From an uncultured Desulfomonile sp. (GTDB lineage: Bacteria; Desulfobacterota; Desulfomonilia; Desulfomonilales; Desulfomonilaceae): a DNA stretch of 54,116 nucleotides. The notes below the pieces were generated by a model. The model did not search any database. It was given only the letters and a program-made list of their open reading frames with translations, and had not been told where the DNA came from. Shown in pieces: positions 19,365 to 28,896 of this stretch. Numbering within the stretch: position 1 is the stretch's first letter; each line of letters opens with the position of its first letter. Position numbers and translations under genes: made by a program. The stretch is from assembly GCA_964528855.1 (NCBI GenBank), contig CAZGVM010000002.1:1-54116 (forward strand), given 5' to 3'.

Positions 19365-20882
19365 TTATGCGTTCGAAGAGACGGAAGCATGATCTCCTGC
19401 AGGATGATCTACTCCCAGATGCTCGTCCGCAACAACGATTACGCCCTCATCACTTACATCTACCGAACTGAGGTGATTCGACCAGGATGACGGATATCTT
19501 TCGGTAAATTTCACCTGAAACGGTAAGAATTTCAGTGCTGAGACCTCTTTCATGAGATTCTCGGATGTTTCAAGATCTATTAGTTCGCGCACTCCTTCAG
19601 GAGTAATGGATTCTGAGATGGCCTCCGCCGAAAAATATCTCACATTAAAAGCTCCGGATCTTAAAGGATCAAAAGTCTGCTCTCCCTTTTTCGACTTCCT
19701 GGACCGGGTTTGATCAGTGTCGGAATCAAAATCTCCTTTAGCTTCTATATATAATATCTTTGATCTGAATCTATAAACTGCCAGTAGTGAACCGGCCTGA
19801 TCCAGAAAGCTCTTGCCGAACAGGATGATTGATATGTTCAGGACCAGATCTACAACCAAACTCAGACTGTAGAGGCGGAAAAAATCATCATAAGGCACTG
19901 AAAAACTGGGGTATTGCATGAGAATTATCTGAAGGAACCCGACCACCACCATGACAGACCCTAGAAACAGAGCTATCAGAGCGGAAATCCGCGATGAGGT
20001 CTTCACATACTCGGGAAAACTCTCAATCAAAGTCCCAGCCTGACGCTCACCATCCTTGCACGTCGTCGTCGCCGTTCTGGATACAGTGTTTCCAAGATTC
20101 CCCTTCGCAAATATCTTTGATCCCTCTTCAAGAATGGAGAAAAAAACGGACGGATGGCCCGTTCCTTCCACGATCATTGAATCCATCTCACGACTGGCCC
20201 CCGGTTTTTTCAAGGGAATCAGGGACAATGCTATTATGAATTTCAGCACGCACACTATCAGAAGCAATTTGTAGAAAGAAGCTGGTGATGGAAGAACATA
20301 ACCAACCCCCAACCCCAGCCCCGACAAATAAGGTGGAACCAGTTCAAGCACCTTAAATCCAAAATGTATGACTATTGCGATCGCAATCGCTTTCCAGATG
20401 AATCGGACATTCAATCGGACTATTTGTCCGGGTATTTCTGATATGTATTTCGCGTTCGACCAGATCTTGCCTATGATGAAGAAAATTAGTGATGGGGCAT
20501 GATCGTAGGATTGTAATTTCCCCTCCTTCAACCCGTGTGAAACCGTTTCCGGCCTGTAATACTCTCCCGGTCGATTCATCAGGACTCGCAGCCGGGACAT
20601 GTGTCTGAATCCGTTGAAAAGCCAGTTCAGACCAACTATAAGCCCGGCGCATGATGCAACAGTAGTGACAAAAACACCTACTATGAAAGGCACATAATTC
20701 AGTATGAATTCGTTTACCTGATCCGGAAGACGTAAAGGAAAAAATTCACGCAATTCGTAAAGACGGGTAAATGCGGCCAGACTTATGAAAATTCCGACAG
20801 CAGTCAAAACTATTCCGTATACAACTGTATGATTGGGTAATTTTGTGAATTGACTGGAACGCCTTGATCTGAATGCTAGCAT
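19365..20882 (-). CDS. Polytopic membrane protein, unknown function (505 aa)
   Basis: Multiple long hydrophobic segments separated by charged loops. Its stop lies 6 nt from the SLT gene start. No family recognised. Confidence 0.6.
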   Translation of the reverse strand: MLAFRSRRSSQFTKLPNHTVVYGIVLTAVGIFISLAAFTRLYELREFFPLRLPDQVNEFILNYVPFIVGVFVTTVASCAGLIVGLNWLFNGFRHMSRLRVLMNRPGEYYRPETVSHGLKEGKLQSYDHAPSLIFFIIGKIWSNAKYISEIPGQIVRLNVRFIWKAIAIAIVIHFGFKVLELVPPYLSGLGLGVGYVLPSPASFYKLLLIVCVLKFIIALSLIPLKKPGASREMDSMIVEGTGHPSVFFSILEEGSKIFAKGNLGNTVSRTATTTCKDGERQAGTLIESFPEYVKTSSRISALIALFLGSVMVVVGFLQIILMQYPSFSVPYDDFFRLYSLSLVVDLVLNISIILFGKSFLDQAGSLLAVYRFRSKILYIEAKGDFDSDTDQTRSRKSKKGEQTFDPLRSGAFNVRYFSAEAISESITPEGVRELIDLETSENLMKEVSALKFLPFQVKFTERYPSSWSNHLSSVDVSDEGVIVVADEHLGVDHPAGDHASVSSNA

Positions 20883-21138
20883 CTTCGACCCCTGAGCTAA
20901 ACGTAATTAGGTGCTTACCAAATCTAATATATTGTGTCAAATGAAATTGTTATGAATTTTTTTTAATGTATGACTTAACATTAGTGGGCTTTGGCCAGCT
21001 TTAGGGAGGCTTTTCGGTAAAGGTGACCGGATAGACAGTTGTAAAGGTTTCAGGCCTATGAATGGCCGTTCTTCAGAGAATCTTTCACGGTCTCTGAAAA
21101 GACCGGACCATTTTTCATGATGGCTTGAGCTTGTTTTA

Positions 21139-22041
21139 TCAAAGCAAGTCTTCTAGAGCTGTATCGACTGTGGGGAAATTGAAATGAAAGCCTTTGTCCA
21201 GGAGGGTCTTGGGAAGAACCTTCTGTCCATTTAAAACGTATGCGCTGAACTCGCCCAAGGCGGCTTTTATCATGAATGAAGGCGCCGGCACAAACGCTGG
21301 TCTTTTTAAAATTCTCGAAATTGTTTTCGAGAGTTGGCTGTTTCTTACGGGCGATGGAGCCGTGAAGTTTACAGGTCCAAAGATTTGTGTTTTTTCGATC
21401 AGGAAATGAATGGCCCTGCAAACGTCATTGATATGAATCCATGATATCCATTGCTTGCCGTTTCCAATCTGCCCGCCTACAAAAAATCGGAAAGGCAACG
21501 TCATTTGATGCAGCGCTCCACCATCGTGCCCCAAAACGATTCCGATCCTGATCCTAGCCACCCTTGCGCCTTTAGATTCGGCTTTTATAGCTTCATCTTC
21601 CCAAGCCTTGGCGAGCTGAGCGAGGTAATCTGATCCCGGAGGAGCTGTTTCATCGGACTCCTGATCTTCAGTGAGTCCATAGTAGCCTGCTCCGGAAGCG
21701 CTTATCAGGGTGACTTGATGAGCCCTATCCTCAGAGATGGCTTCGACAAGATTTCTTGTCGTGAGTATTCGACTGTCCCAAAGCAATTTTTTGTACTTGT
21801 CGTCCCAACGATGAAAGACAGTAACCCCGGCAAGATTTATCAGAATATCATGCCCCGGTATTTCGCTCTGCCAGGACCCGGGCTTCATGGAGTCAGCGGC
21901 TATTTTTCTTACTGTGGATGGTAATTGTGGACCATTGTGGGGATTTCGAGCCATAATTGTGACTTGAAAACCTCGATCCACAAGAAATTTTGTGAGGTTG
22001 GATCCCACAAACCCGCTTCCACCCGTGATAAAAATTTTCAT
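21139..22041 (-). CDS. TIGR01777/YfcH-type epimerase-family (SDR39U1-like) protein
   Basis: 300 aa with MKIFITGGSGFVGSNL, a central WE..A and a C-terminal DUF1731-like region (...GGQIGNGKQWISWIHINDV...P.KLLD.GF.F). Confidence 0.8.
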   Translation of the reverse strand: MKIFITGGSGFVGSNLTKFLVDRGFQVTIMARNPHNGPQLPSTVRKIAADSMKPGSWQSEIPGHDILINLAGVTVFHRWDDKYKKLLWDSRILTTRNLVEAISEDRAHQVTLISASGAGYYGLTEDQESDETAPPGSDYLAQLAKAWEDEAIKAESKGARVARIRIGIVLGHDGGALHQMTLPFRFFVGGQIGNGKQWISWIHINDVCRAIHFLIEKTQIFGPVNFTAPSPVRNSQLSKTISRILKRPAFVPAPSFMIKAALGEFSAYVLNGQKVLPKTLLDKGFHFNFPTVDTALEDLL

Positions 22042-22204
22042 TTTTGCATCCAGCCATTAAGGAACGAATCAGATGTTTTCACAAACTACAGATTCAATGA
22101 TTAAAAAGATGTCGGAAACATTCGTCAATGCCAAAACGCGAATATCGGCAATAGAATCAAATTGCACGCCCCCATGATATATCCGAAGACGTGCGATCTG
22201 ACAA

Positions 22205-22597
22205 CTATTGTGTTGTTTGCGTTCCGCTTCCGATGAGAGGCAAAACTTTTTCAATTTTGAAGAAAACCACATGCCTTGACAAATCTTTGGAAAACATTGA
22301 GTAATCACATCGCCTGCATATTTCAGCAATCAATGCGTCATCAGTCTGCTCTCGAATCTTGGTAAGACATATTCTTTTCCCGGAATAGCCTCCGCCGGAT
22401 TCTATGAACAGATATGTAGCAGAAGGATTTTCCGACAAATTGGCGTAAGTCTTCTTTTCCCTCATTATGAAGGCAATAGTCTCTTCATCCATAAAATGTG
22501 GACGAGCATAAACAGCGGCGTTGACTTCACCCTTTTTATCAGCGGTGGCAATTATTCCGTAACCCTTTTTCAAATCGAAGTATTCACTAAGTTTCAA
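22205..22597 (-). CDS. Pyridoxamine-5'-phosphate-oxidase-fold (flavin-binding split-barrel) protein
   Basis: 130 aa (...GIIATADKKGEVNAAVYARPHFMDEETIAFIMREKKTYANLSENP...). The call is by eye. It is the last gene of the long minus-strand run. Confidence 0.55.
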   Translation of the reverse strand: MKLSEYFDLKKGYGIIATADKKGEVNAAVYARPHFMDEETIAFIMREKKTYANLSENPSATYLFIESGGGYSGKRICLTKIREQTDDALIAEICRRCDYSMFSKDLSRHVVFFKIEKVLPLIGSGTQTTQ

Positions 22598-22643
22598 ATG
22601 ATTCCTCCCGAAGTAAAAATTCTTAGTATCTAGCTAGTTGCTA

Positions 22644-24935
22644 TCAAGCTTTGCGAATATAAACAAGAGGGCCTTGTTCCAAAAATTCTGACGGGTTGAC
22701 CCCTTCCGAACGCGGCTTGTCAAAAAATTGGTTCGTCTTGTCAATAGAGTAGGGTGTTGCCCCCGCCCCCCTATAACCATATCCGTTCGCCAACGCTACG
22801 ACCCCGGGTCTTATACCAGGAGCTATCTGAACTCTGACCGTTCTTTTTACTGATCCGTCAGAACTTTCGATACTGATCAATTCGCCTTGTTTCAATCCTC
22901 TGGCTCCAGCATCTACAGGATTGATAACCAGGCGATTTTCAGGCAGGGTTTCCAACAGCCAGGAATTCAAACCTGATTTCGGAGACCTATGAAAAGACTG
23001 GCTATAGGTGATCAAATTCAGAAAACCCTTGTCAGAACCGGCTTTAAGTTGAACACGACCTTCCCATCCGGATGGATTCACTTTATAGCCGGACTGTTTG
23101 CTAGCTGTCCTGCCAGGTGAGTCAGGCTGTTCGAAATATCCGCCTCTTTCAAACATTTTTTCGACAGTCGCCGAGTCAGTGTTTTTTGTGCGGTGAGATT
23201 GACTGAAAGCCTTGAACAAATCAGCAGTCGCCTTGTAGTAAAAGGCCTTTGCAATGCTGGGAGAATCCGTGGAGACGAAATCTTTTCCAAAATTCATTCC
23301 GAGCGCTTCCGAAAACTTGAAGAGAATATCTTCCATCAGCATCGTTTGCGGAAGAATGGGGAAATATCGCCCGCTTCGCTCGTCAACAGCCCCAACAGTG
23401 GGTGTCCTCAATCCAAACCCGGTTGCTGGACTAATAGATGGGGCCGCACAAATGTCCCACCTTTCCAGATACGTTGTGTCTGGCAAAATAAAGTCCGCCA
23501 TTGAGGCGGTCTGAGAGATGACCGTCTCTATCGCCACTACCAGCGGGAACTCCTTTTGATTTGAAATCAGGCCCGCCATTTTGGGATTCGAGTAAACCGG
23601 GTCAGCCTCCCAAATGACCAATGAATGGCCTGGAGTAAGCGGAGCCGGATCAGAAATTCTCGGTTCAACCGTGCCGAGAACATTTTTTTCCGCCTCTACA
23701 AAAAAGGAATTGTCGTCGTAAGCCAACCCGCCATGTCCTGGTATCGACCCCACCAGTAGATTCAGTGTCAGAATGGCTTCTGCAGCTTCTTTGCCAAATT
23801 GCTGCCTGTAAACTCCTGCGCCAGGAATCACCGCCGCTTGTGGACCTGCCTCGGCCAGCAATTTTGCTATCTCTATGGCCGCTCCTTCGTATGATCCCGC
23901 GTTTTCCGCATATTCTGACCCGCTATGATTCTTTACGGCATTCTTGATGGCTTCATTGTTGGCGCGCACAGCCAGGGGGAACCGATCAAAAAGAGCTTTA
24001 ATGACTCCCAGCGCAAAGCTTAAATCTTTACCGGGTATTATCGGAACCCAAATATCTGCTTTGGCTGCCGAAGTGGATTGACGCGGATCGATCACCACCC
24101 ATTTCAGGCTTGGCCTTGAAATTCGGGCCTCTGTCAGGTTCCGTGCTACCGAAAGCAAGGGCACTCCTGAATCTAATGGAGCAGACCCAAAATTCAGAAG
24201 GAATTTCGCATTCCTGTAATCTGCGTACGTCGAGCCGTATTCATCGCCAAAAACTGACCTGTTGACGGATTTGACCATGTCCTGGGCTAAAACAGAATCA
24301 TCCCTGAAGAGTCGCGCACCGGATAATGATTTGAGGAAACTCTTGATGAAGGTTAACGAACCCCAATCAGCATTCCCCACCAGGAAACCGAAACCCTGTC
24401 CGGCGTCTTTGGCTGCCTTGAATCCGGTGACTTTGCCTTCCCCAAACAAATCACCACCATTGGTGATCTCTGATATTGCTTCGGACCAGGATACCGCCCT
24501 CCACTTGCCTGAGCCACGCGGCCCCACTCTTTTTAATGGCCCGGCTATTCTGAAAGGATCGTATAGAGTCTGAATTCCACTCGAACCTATGGCGCAGATT
24601 GAAGCTCCTATGAGCGCCGCCTGTTCTGGATTTACCAGGAACGGCAGCGGATCACCCTTTGAGATAGGATGGAAAGAACTTCCGCCGATTTTCACTATTG
24701 CGCCCTCAGCGCTGCGGCAACAGATACCGCATCTGCCTTCGCACATGGCGCAAACACTGAAAAGGTTCTTCACGCCGTAGAGACTCTCTATCGGATCGAC
24801 ACCAGGAGCCCCTTTTATGTACTTAGGGACATTAGGCGGGTCTCCAAAAAAACTGCATCCAGCAAATAGTGAAACCCCACCCATCAATGAAGCGGTTTTT
24901 ATAAAATTTCTTCTGGTCAGTTTGGTCATTGCCAT
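22644..24935 (-). CDS. Molybdopterin-oxidoreductase-family large subunit, Tat-exported putative lipoprotein
   Basis: 763 aa with Tat motif TRRNFIK followed by the lipobox-like LFAGC. An FS0-type Cys cluster is present (CAMCEGRC...ICAIGSSG). A C-terminal Molydop_binding-like barrel is present (LVINPVDAGARGLKQGELISIES). By eye there is no Cys at the usual Mo-ligand position. Confidence 0.8.
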   Translation of the reverse strand: MAMTKLTRRNFIKTASLMGGVSLFAGCSFFGDPPNVPKYIKGAPGVDPIESLYGVKNLFSVCAMCEGRCGICCRSAEGAIVKIGGSSFHPISKGDPLPFLVNPEQAALIGASICAIGSSGIQTLYDPFRIAGPLKRVGPRGSGKWRAVSWSEAISEITNGGDLFGEGKVTGFKAAKDAGQGFGFLVGNADWGSLTFIKSFLKSLSGARLFRDDSVLAQDMVKSVNRSVFGDEYGSTYADYRNAKFLLNFGSAPLDSGVPLLSVARNLTEARISRPSLKWVVIDPRQSTSAAKADIWVPIIPGKDLSFALGVIKALFDRFPLAVRANNEAIKNAVKNHSGSEYAENAGSYEGAAIEIAKLLAEAGPQAAVIPGAGVYRQQFGKEAAEAILTLNLLVGSIPGHGGLAYDDNSFFVEAEKNVLGTVEPRISDPAPLTPGHSLVIWEADPVYSNPKMAGLISNQKEFPLVVAIETVISQTASMADFILPDTTYLERWDICAAPSISPATGFGLRTPTVGAVDERSGRYFPILPQTMLMEDILFKFSEALGMNFGKDFVSTDSPSIAKAFYYKATADLFKAFSQSHRTKNTDSATVEKMFERGGYFEQPDSPGRTASKQSGYKVNPSGWEGRVQLKAGSDKGFLNLITYSQSFHRSPKSGLNSWLLETLPENRLVINPVDAGARGLKQGELISIESSDGSVKRTVRVQIAPGIRPGVVALANGYGYRGAGATPYSIDKTNQFFDKPRSEGVNPSEFLEQGPLVYIRKA

Positions 24936-24952
24936 CTCAGAGTGAAACTATC

Positions 24953-25843
24953 TCAACTTAGTGGTATTTCAAATCCAATGAACACGACTGAATAACGCAT
25001 CAGGAAGACTCCGCCGATAATCAGCAGGGAAGCCAAAGCCAGCCAGTTTCGGTTATAACGTGTCTTTGGAGCCAGCAGTATTATCAACGGAACAAGCATA
25101 CCAGCCACGATTTCTCCCCACAAATACAACTTTTCGTGCAACGCAACCATGATGGACGCGTATCCGTCGGCGTTTGAAACCAGGAGGGTCAGCCAGAAAC
25201 ATGCCGTCCAGAAAAGATCCATCAGCAATATTCCTATCATCATGAGTCGCAGGCTTTTGAAAAGGTCAGGATCGAGTTTTTCCTTAATGTATCTTTCCAT
25301 GATCATTGCGACAACTACCAGAAGCGCTATCCCGGAGAGCAGGGCTGACGTAAGAAAGAAACCCGGCATCAAGGCTGAATGCCACCATGCTCTGGCTCGC
25401 ACCAGAGCAAACGCAAACCCCGTGTAGGCGTGAACAAAAATTGCCAATGGAACTGTTAAGGTCCCAAGAACTTTCGTCACTTTATCATTCTTGATAAAGA
25501 TGAAATATATGTAGATCAGGTTGGCTATCGGATAGAGAGTCAGCAGCCAGGAACCGTATGACAGGGCCGAAGTCCGGTTAAAGTATTCCGGAACAAGCGT
25601 GTGCCAGAACCTTAATGGTTGATGTAGGTCCATGATCAGGCAGGCGGGAGCTAGCAGGAGTAAAACAAAAGATATTATGGCCGCTGGCAACGCCATAGGC
25701 TTAAAACGTTTGATGCCAAATACGGTCGATAATGTGGATAGAATAAAAGAACCTGCCGACAAGCCCGTAAAATAGAAATACAGGGGAATATAAATCTTCC
25801 AGGGTATCTCATGGGGAACATTATATAAAACTGTGGCGTCCAT
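24953..25843 (-). CDS. NrfD/PsrC/DsrP-type integral membrane (quinone-interacting) subunit
   Basis: 296 aa with ~8 hydrophobic helices. Its ATG directly abuts the stop of the upstream FeS gene (TAGATG). Confidence 0.75.
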   Translation of the reverse strand: MDATVLYNVPHEIPWKIYIPLYFYFTGLSAGSFILSTLSTVFGIKRFKPMALPAAIISFVLLLLAPACLIMDLHQPLRFWHTLVPEYFNRTSALSYGSWLLTLYPIANLIYIYFIFIKNDKVTKVLGTLTVPLAIFVHAYTGFAFALVRARAWWHSALMPGFFLTSALLSGIALLVVVAMIMERYIKEKLDPDLFKSLRLMMIGILLMDLFWTACFWLTLLVSNADGYASIMVALHEKLYLWGEIVAGMLVPLIILLAPKTRYNRNWLALASLLIIGGVFLMRYSVVFIGFEIPLS

Positions 25844-26587
25844 CTATTTGTCACCGCTATTAGACCAATATGATGCGTTGGGGCTCGGGATGCTCTTGTT
25901 GTACTCCAGAATTCCCTCTCTGAAGTCATCCGTGAAATGTATCCTGCCCTTCAGGTCATGATCCGCCTGAATGTAATAGACTTTCGGCCTGGTTCCCAAC
26001 TCGGGTTTTATGACCGATGTGGGAGTGGAGGCCAACACCCTGAAGACCTCAGATGAAACGTCGTCCATGTCTCCGAAAATTAATGCTTTTGAGAGACATG
26101 CTTCCACGCAGGCCGGTTGAAGAGCGTTTTCAATCCGAAGGGAGCAGAAGTCACATTTGTCGGCCGTGTGTCTTATTGGATTAAAGAATCTGGCGTTATA
26201 CGGACAGGCCGATATACACATTCCACATCCTATGCACTTGCCGTAGTACATCACTATGACACCGTCTTCGTCACGTCTGACTGTCGCCTGCACAGGACAA
26301 ACCTGAACACATGGAGGGGTGTCACACTGATTGCAAAGCCGTCTGAGGAACATGGTTCCCACATCAGGGAAGTTTCCCTTCTGAAGTCCTTTTACCCATG
26401 ATCGCCAAAAACCCAACGGCACATTGTTTTCACTTTTGCAGGCCACCGTGCAACTGTGACAGCCGATGCATCTCCTCTGGTCCACCACCATCGCCCAACG
26501 TCTGGGTTTGGAGCCATCCTTCTCCTGGACAGGCTTTACAGACACTCCCATTCCTGAATTTCCGGTCGGCTTATCAGTCTTCATCAT
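25844..26587 (-). CDS. PsrB/NrfC/DsrO-type four-cluster [4Fe-4S] protein
   Basis: Four Cys groups are present: CIGCHSCTVAC, CNQCDTPPCVQVCP, CIGCGMCISACP and CDFC...CVEAC. I set the start at ATG 26587 (MMKTDKP), 1 nt after the cytochrome stop. The ORF-track start at 26647 would overlap the upstream gene. Confidence 0.85.
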   Translation of the reverse strand: MMKTDKPTGNSGMGVSVKPVQEKDGSKPRRWAMVVDQRRCIGCHSCTVACKSENNVPLGFWRSWVKGLQKGNFPDVGTMFLRRLCNQCDTPPCVQVCPVQATVRRDEDGVIVMYYGKCIGCGMCISACPYNARFFNPIRHTADKCDFCSLRIENALQPACVEACLSKALIFGDMDDVSSEVFRVLASTPTSVIKPELGTRPKVYYIQADHDLKGRIHFTDDFREGILEYNKSIPSPNASYWSNSGDK

Positions 26588-26588
26588 T

Positions 26589-27128
26589 TCATTTTGCCTT
26601 ATGACATCCCAAACAATTGAAGCGACTGAAAGATTCTTTGCCGTCATGGCACGAGCCTGTGGCGCAAGTGGCGCATGCCCTGGGAACGGCGTACGTCACC
26701 ATGACCGTCTCACCATCAACTATTGAATCCGGCACGAAAAGGGTAGAGGCTTCCTTGCCGATATGAACCTTCACAGGCGGAGAATCATCAAGAGCCCTGA
26801 TGACAAATGTGCCATATTTCTGGGGAGCAAATATTTTGTCGTGACAAACGTTGCAACTCTTGTATTTGCCTTCCTGGAAGGTCATGTGCGTATAATGTCT
26901 GAAGACCACCGGACCCGGCGAACCTAAGGCATTATATGAAAGGTTGCCTCCTCCGAATATGCTGGAAAAAGTCAAAATAGCGACTAGAAACCCTCCCAAA
27001 ACAAGGCCTGTCAGGACTATGCCCACTGCTTTAGATTGCAGTTTCCAAAAGTAAGACTGGTCCCTCAGATTCGAAATGAACTCCAGAATTACATTAAGTT
27101 TTCCGTTTTTTTGTGAAACAGCGGCCAT
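26589..27128 (-). CDS. Membrane-anchored trihaem c7/c3-type cytochrome
   Basis: 179 aa with an N-terminal TM segment (VGIVLTGLVLGGFLVAILTF). Haem sites are CNVCH, CATGSCH (CX4CH) and CLGCH. A c7-like FRHYTH.F lead-in is present. Confidence 0.75.
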   Translation of the reverse strand: MAAVSQKNGKLNVILEFISNLRDQSYFWKLQSKAVGIVLTGLVLGGFLVAILTFSSIFGGGNLSYNALGSPGPVVFRHYTHMTFQEGKYKSCNVCHDKIFAPQKYGTFVIRALDDSPPVKVHIGKEASTLFVPDSIVDGETVMVTYAVPRACATCATGSCHDGKESFSRFNCLGCHKAK

Positions 27129-27141
27129 AATAATCCCTGAT

Positions 27142-28896
27142 CTATCTCAAAGTCCCTACGTAATGTGACGTCCATTGACGTTTCCTGACTTCGGGATTGC
27201 CATAATCCGGAAGCACCATAGGAGACACTCTGTCGCCACCAACACCGGCCTCCTCAAGCTCCTTGTGATATTTCCTCACATGGTCCACCGACAGTTTTCC
27301 TATATCAGACCGTGTTTTTACATAATTTCCGGCGGTTTGGCCGGCCAGTCTCCCAAAAACCGTAATATCGAGAAGAGAGTTGCCCATGAGTCTGTTGGCG
27401 CCATGCACTCCGCCTCCAACTTCACCTGCCACAAAAAATCCCTCAACGGTCGTCGATCCGTCCCCTTTGTATGCCAAACCACCGTTTTGATAATGGAGAG
27501 TGGGATAAATGAGCATTGGAAGTTTTGATATGTCTATGCCGTAACGTTTGAAAAGTATGAACTTTGCGGGAAACTCTCTTTCTACCGTTCCTTCGCCTTC
27601 GAGCATATCGATCATGGGCGAATCCAGCCACACTCCGAACCTTCCGGGTTGTCCAGGAACAGGCGCTCCTTTTCCAACTTTTTCGCATTCCCGTATAATG
27701 CTGGCTGATTCTATGTCGCGAGGCTCACGCTCAAACACAAACTGGTCACCGTCTATGTTTACAAGATTGGCGCCTGCTCCCCTGACTTTTTCTGTGATGA
27801 GAAGTCCTTCAGCCTGTTCCGGAAATACGGCTCCGGTTGGATGAAACTGCGTGGCGTGTAAAAATCTGACCTGAATGCCTAAACGATACCCCATGACCAG
27901 TCCGTCACCGGTGGCGCCATAATGATTTGTGGTCATGAAACGGCTCATGTGAAGCCTTCCAGAGCCGCCGGTGGCCATGATCACCGCTTTGGCCTTTACG
28001 ATAAAGTATTCTTCTGTCTCCAGATTGTAGAGCACTGCGCCTGAACAGCGCCCTTTGTCGTCAACCAGTAGCTCAACTGCCGGTGAAAATTCCAGAACCC
28101 CGATGTCTTTAACCCTGTTACGAGACTCGTCACGCAGTGTTCTCATTATTTCCGCGCCCGTCATATCACCCGCATAGTGCATTCTCTTTCTGCAGGTTCC
28201 TGCGCCATGCAGTGTAAACATTTTGCCATCCGGCCATTTGTTAAACATGCATCCGAGCTTTTCCAGCCAGGCTATGGCTTTTGGGGCTTCAGTCACCATG
28301 GTCCGCACAAGATCCGGATCATTTTCAAAGTGCCCCCCGCCCATAACATCAAGAAAATGGTAGTAAGGTGAATCTTTCCAGCTTTTCGTAGACGCCTGCA
28401 TGCCGCCTTCGGCCATCATTGTGTTAGCATCTCCGTGCCTTAATTTAGTCGCTATGATGACGCGGGCTCCTTCTTCCTGGGCCAGAAGTGCGGCTGCCGT
28501 GCCGGCCCCACCCCCACCAATTACCAGCACGTCCGTTTCGTAATGAACTTCCTTAAAATCTATACTATCAGGGTCCACGCGGCTTTTTGCCTCAAAAGTG
28601 TCCGCTATCTCCTGGGCTATGGCCAAACCTTTGCTAGGCCCAACCTTCAACTCCCGTAAAGCTCCTGCCCGGAAATCAGGGTGGTATTTTTCCAATCGGT
28701 CACGACGTTGATCCAGAGTGAGAGCTGGGAACTCCTGCCCGGCCTTTTTCTTCATCACTCGTTCAGGACGGGTCTTCTCAACCCTTTTTATAAATTCCAT
28801 CAATTCTGCGGTGTATCCCATAAAATCCTCCGGATCAAAAAAGCTCTTGTTTCGCTTCAAAAAGGCTTTGCCACCATTTTTCAAGTATGTGGTCAA
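27142..28896 (-). CDS. SdhA/FrdA/NadB-superfamily FAD flavoprotein with ~110-aa N-terminal extension
   Basis: 584 aa with VLVIGGGGAGTAAAL, MATGGSGRL, QFHPTG and GFFVAGEV..GVHGANRLMGNSL. The TTG start overlaps the upstream stop (TTGA). Confidence 0.8.
   Translation of the reverse strand: MTTYLKNGGKAFLKRNKSFFDPEDFMGYTAELMEFIKRVEKTRPERVMKKKAGQEFPALTLDQRRDRLEKYHPDFRAGALRELKVGPSKGLAIAQEIADTFEAKSRVDPDSIDFKEVHYETDVLVIGGGGAGTAAALLAQEEGARVIIATKLRHGDANTMMAEGGMQASTKSWKDSPYYHFLDVMGGGHFENDPDLVRTMVTEAPKAIAWLEKLGCMFNKWPDGKMFTLHGAGTCRKRMHYAGDMTGAEIMRTLRDESRNRVKDIGVLEFSPAVELLVDDKGRCSGAVLYNLETEEYFIVKAKAVIMATGGSGRLHMSRFMTTNHYGATGDGLVMGYRLGIQVRFLHATQFHPTGAVFPEQAEGLLITEKVRGAGANLVNIDGDQFVFEREPRDIESASIIRECEKVGKGAPVPGQPGRFGVWLDSPMIDMLEGEGTVEREFPAKFILFKRYGIDISKLPMLIYPTLHYQNGGLAYKGDGSTTVEGFFVAGEVGGGVHGANRLMGNSLLDITVFGRLAGQTAGNYVKTRSDIGKLSVDHVRKYHKELEEAGVGGDRVSPMVLPDYGNPEVRKRQWTSHYVGTLR

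Noticed and set aside
21056-21421. 121-aa minus-strand ORF overlapping the epimerase-family gene
   Set aside because: It is an out-of-frame overlap with a well-supported 300-aa gene and has no motifs.
26588-26647. Long N-terminal extension of the PsrB-like FeS ORF (ORF-track start 26647)
   Set aside because: It would overlap the cytochrome gene by 59 nt. ATG 26587 lies 1 nt after the cytochrome stop and gives a normal N-terminus.
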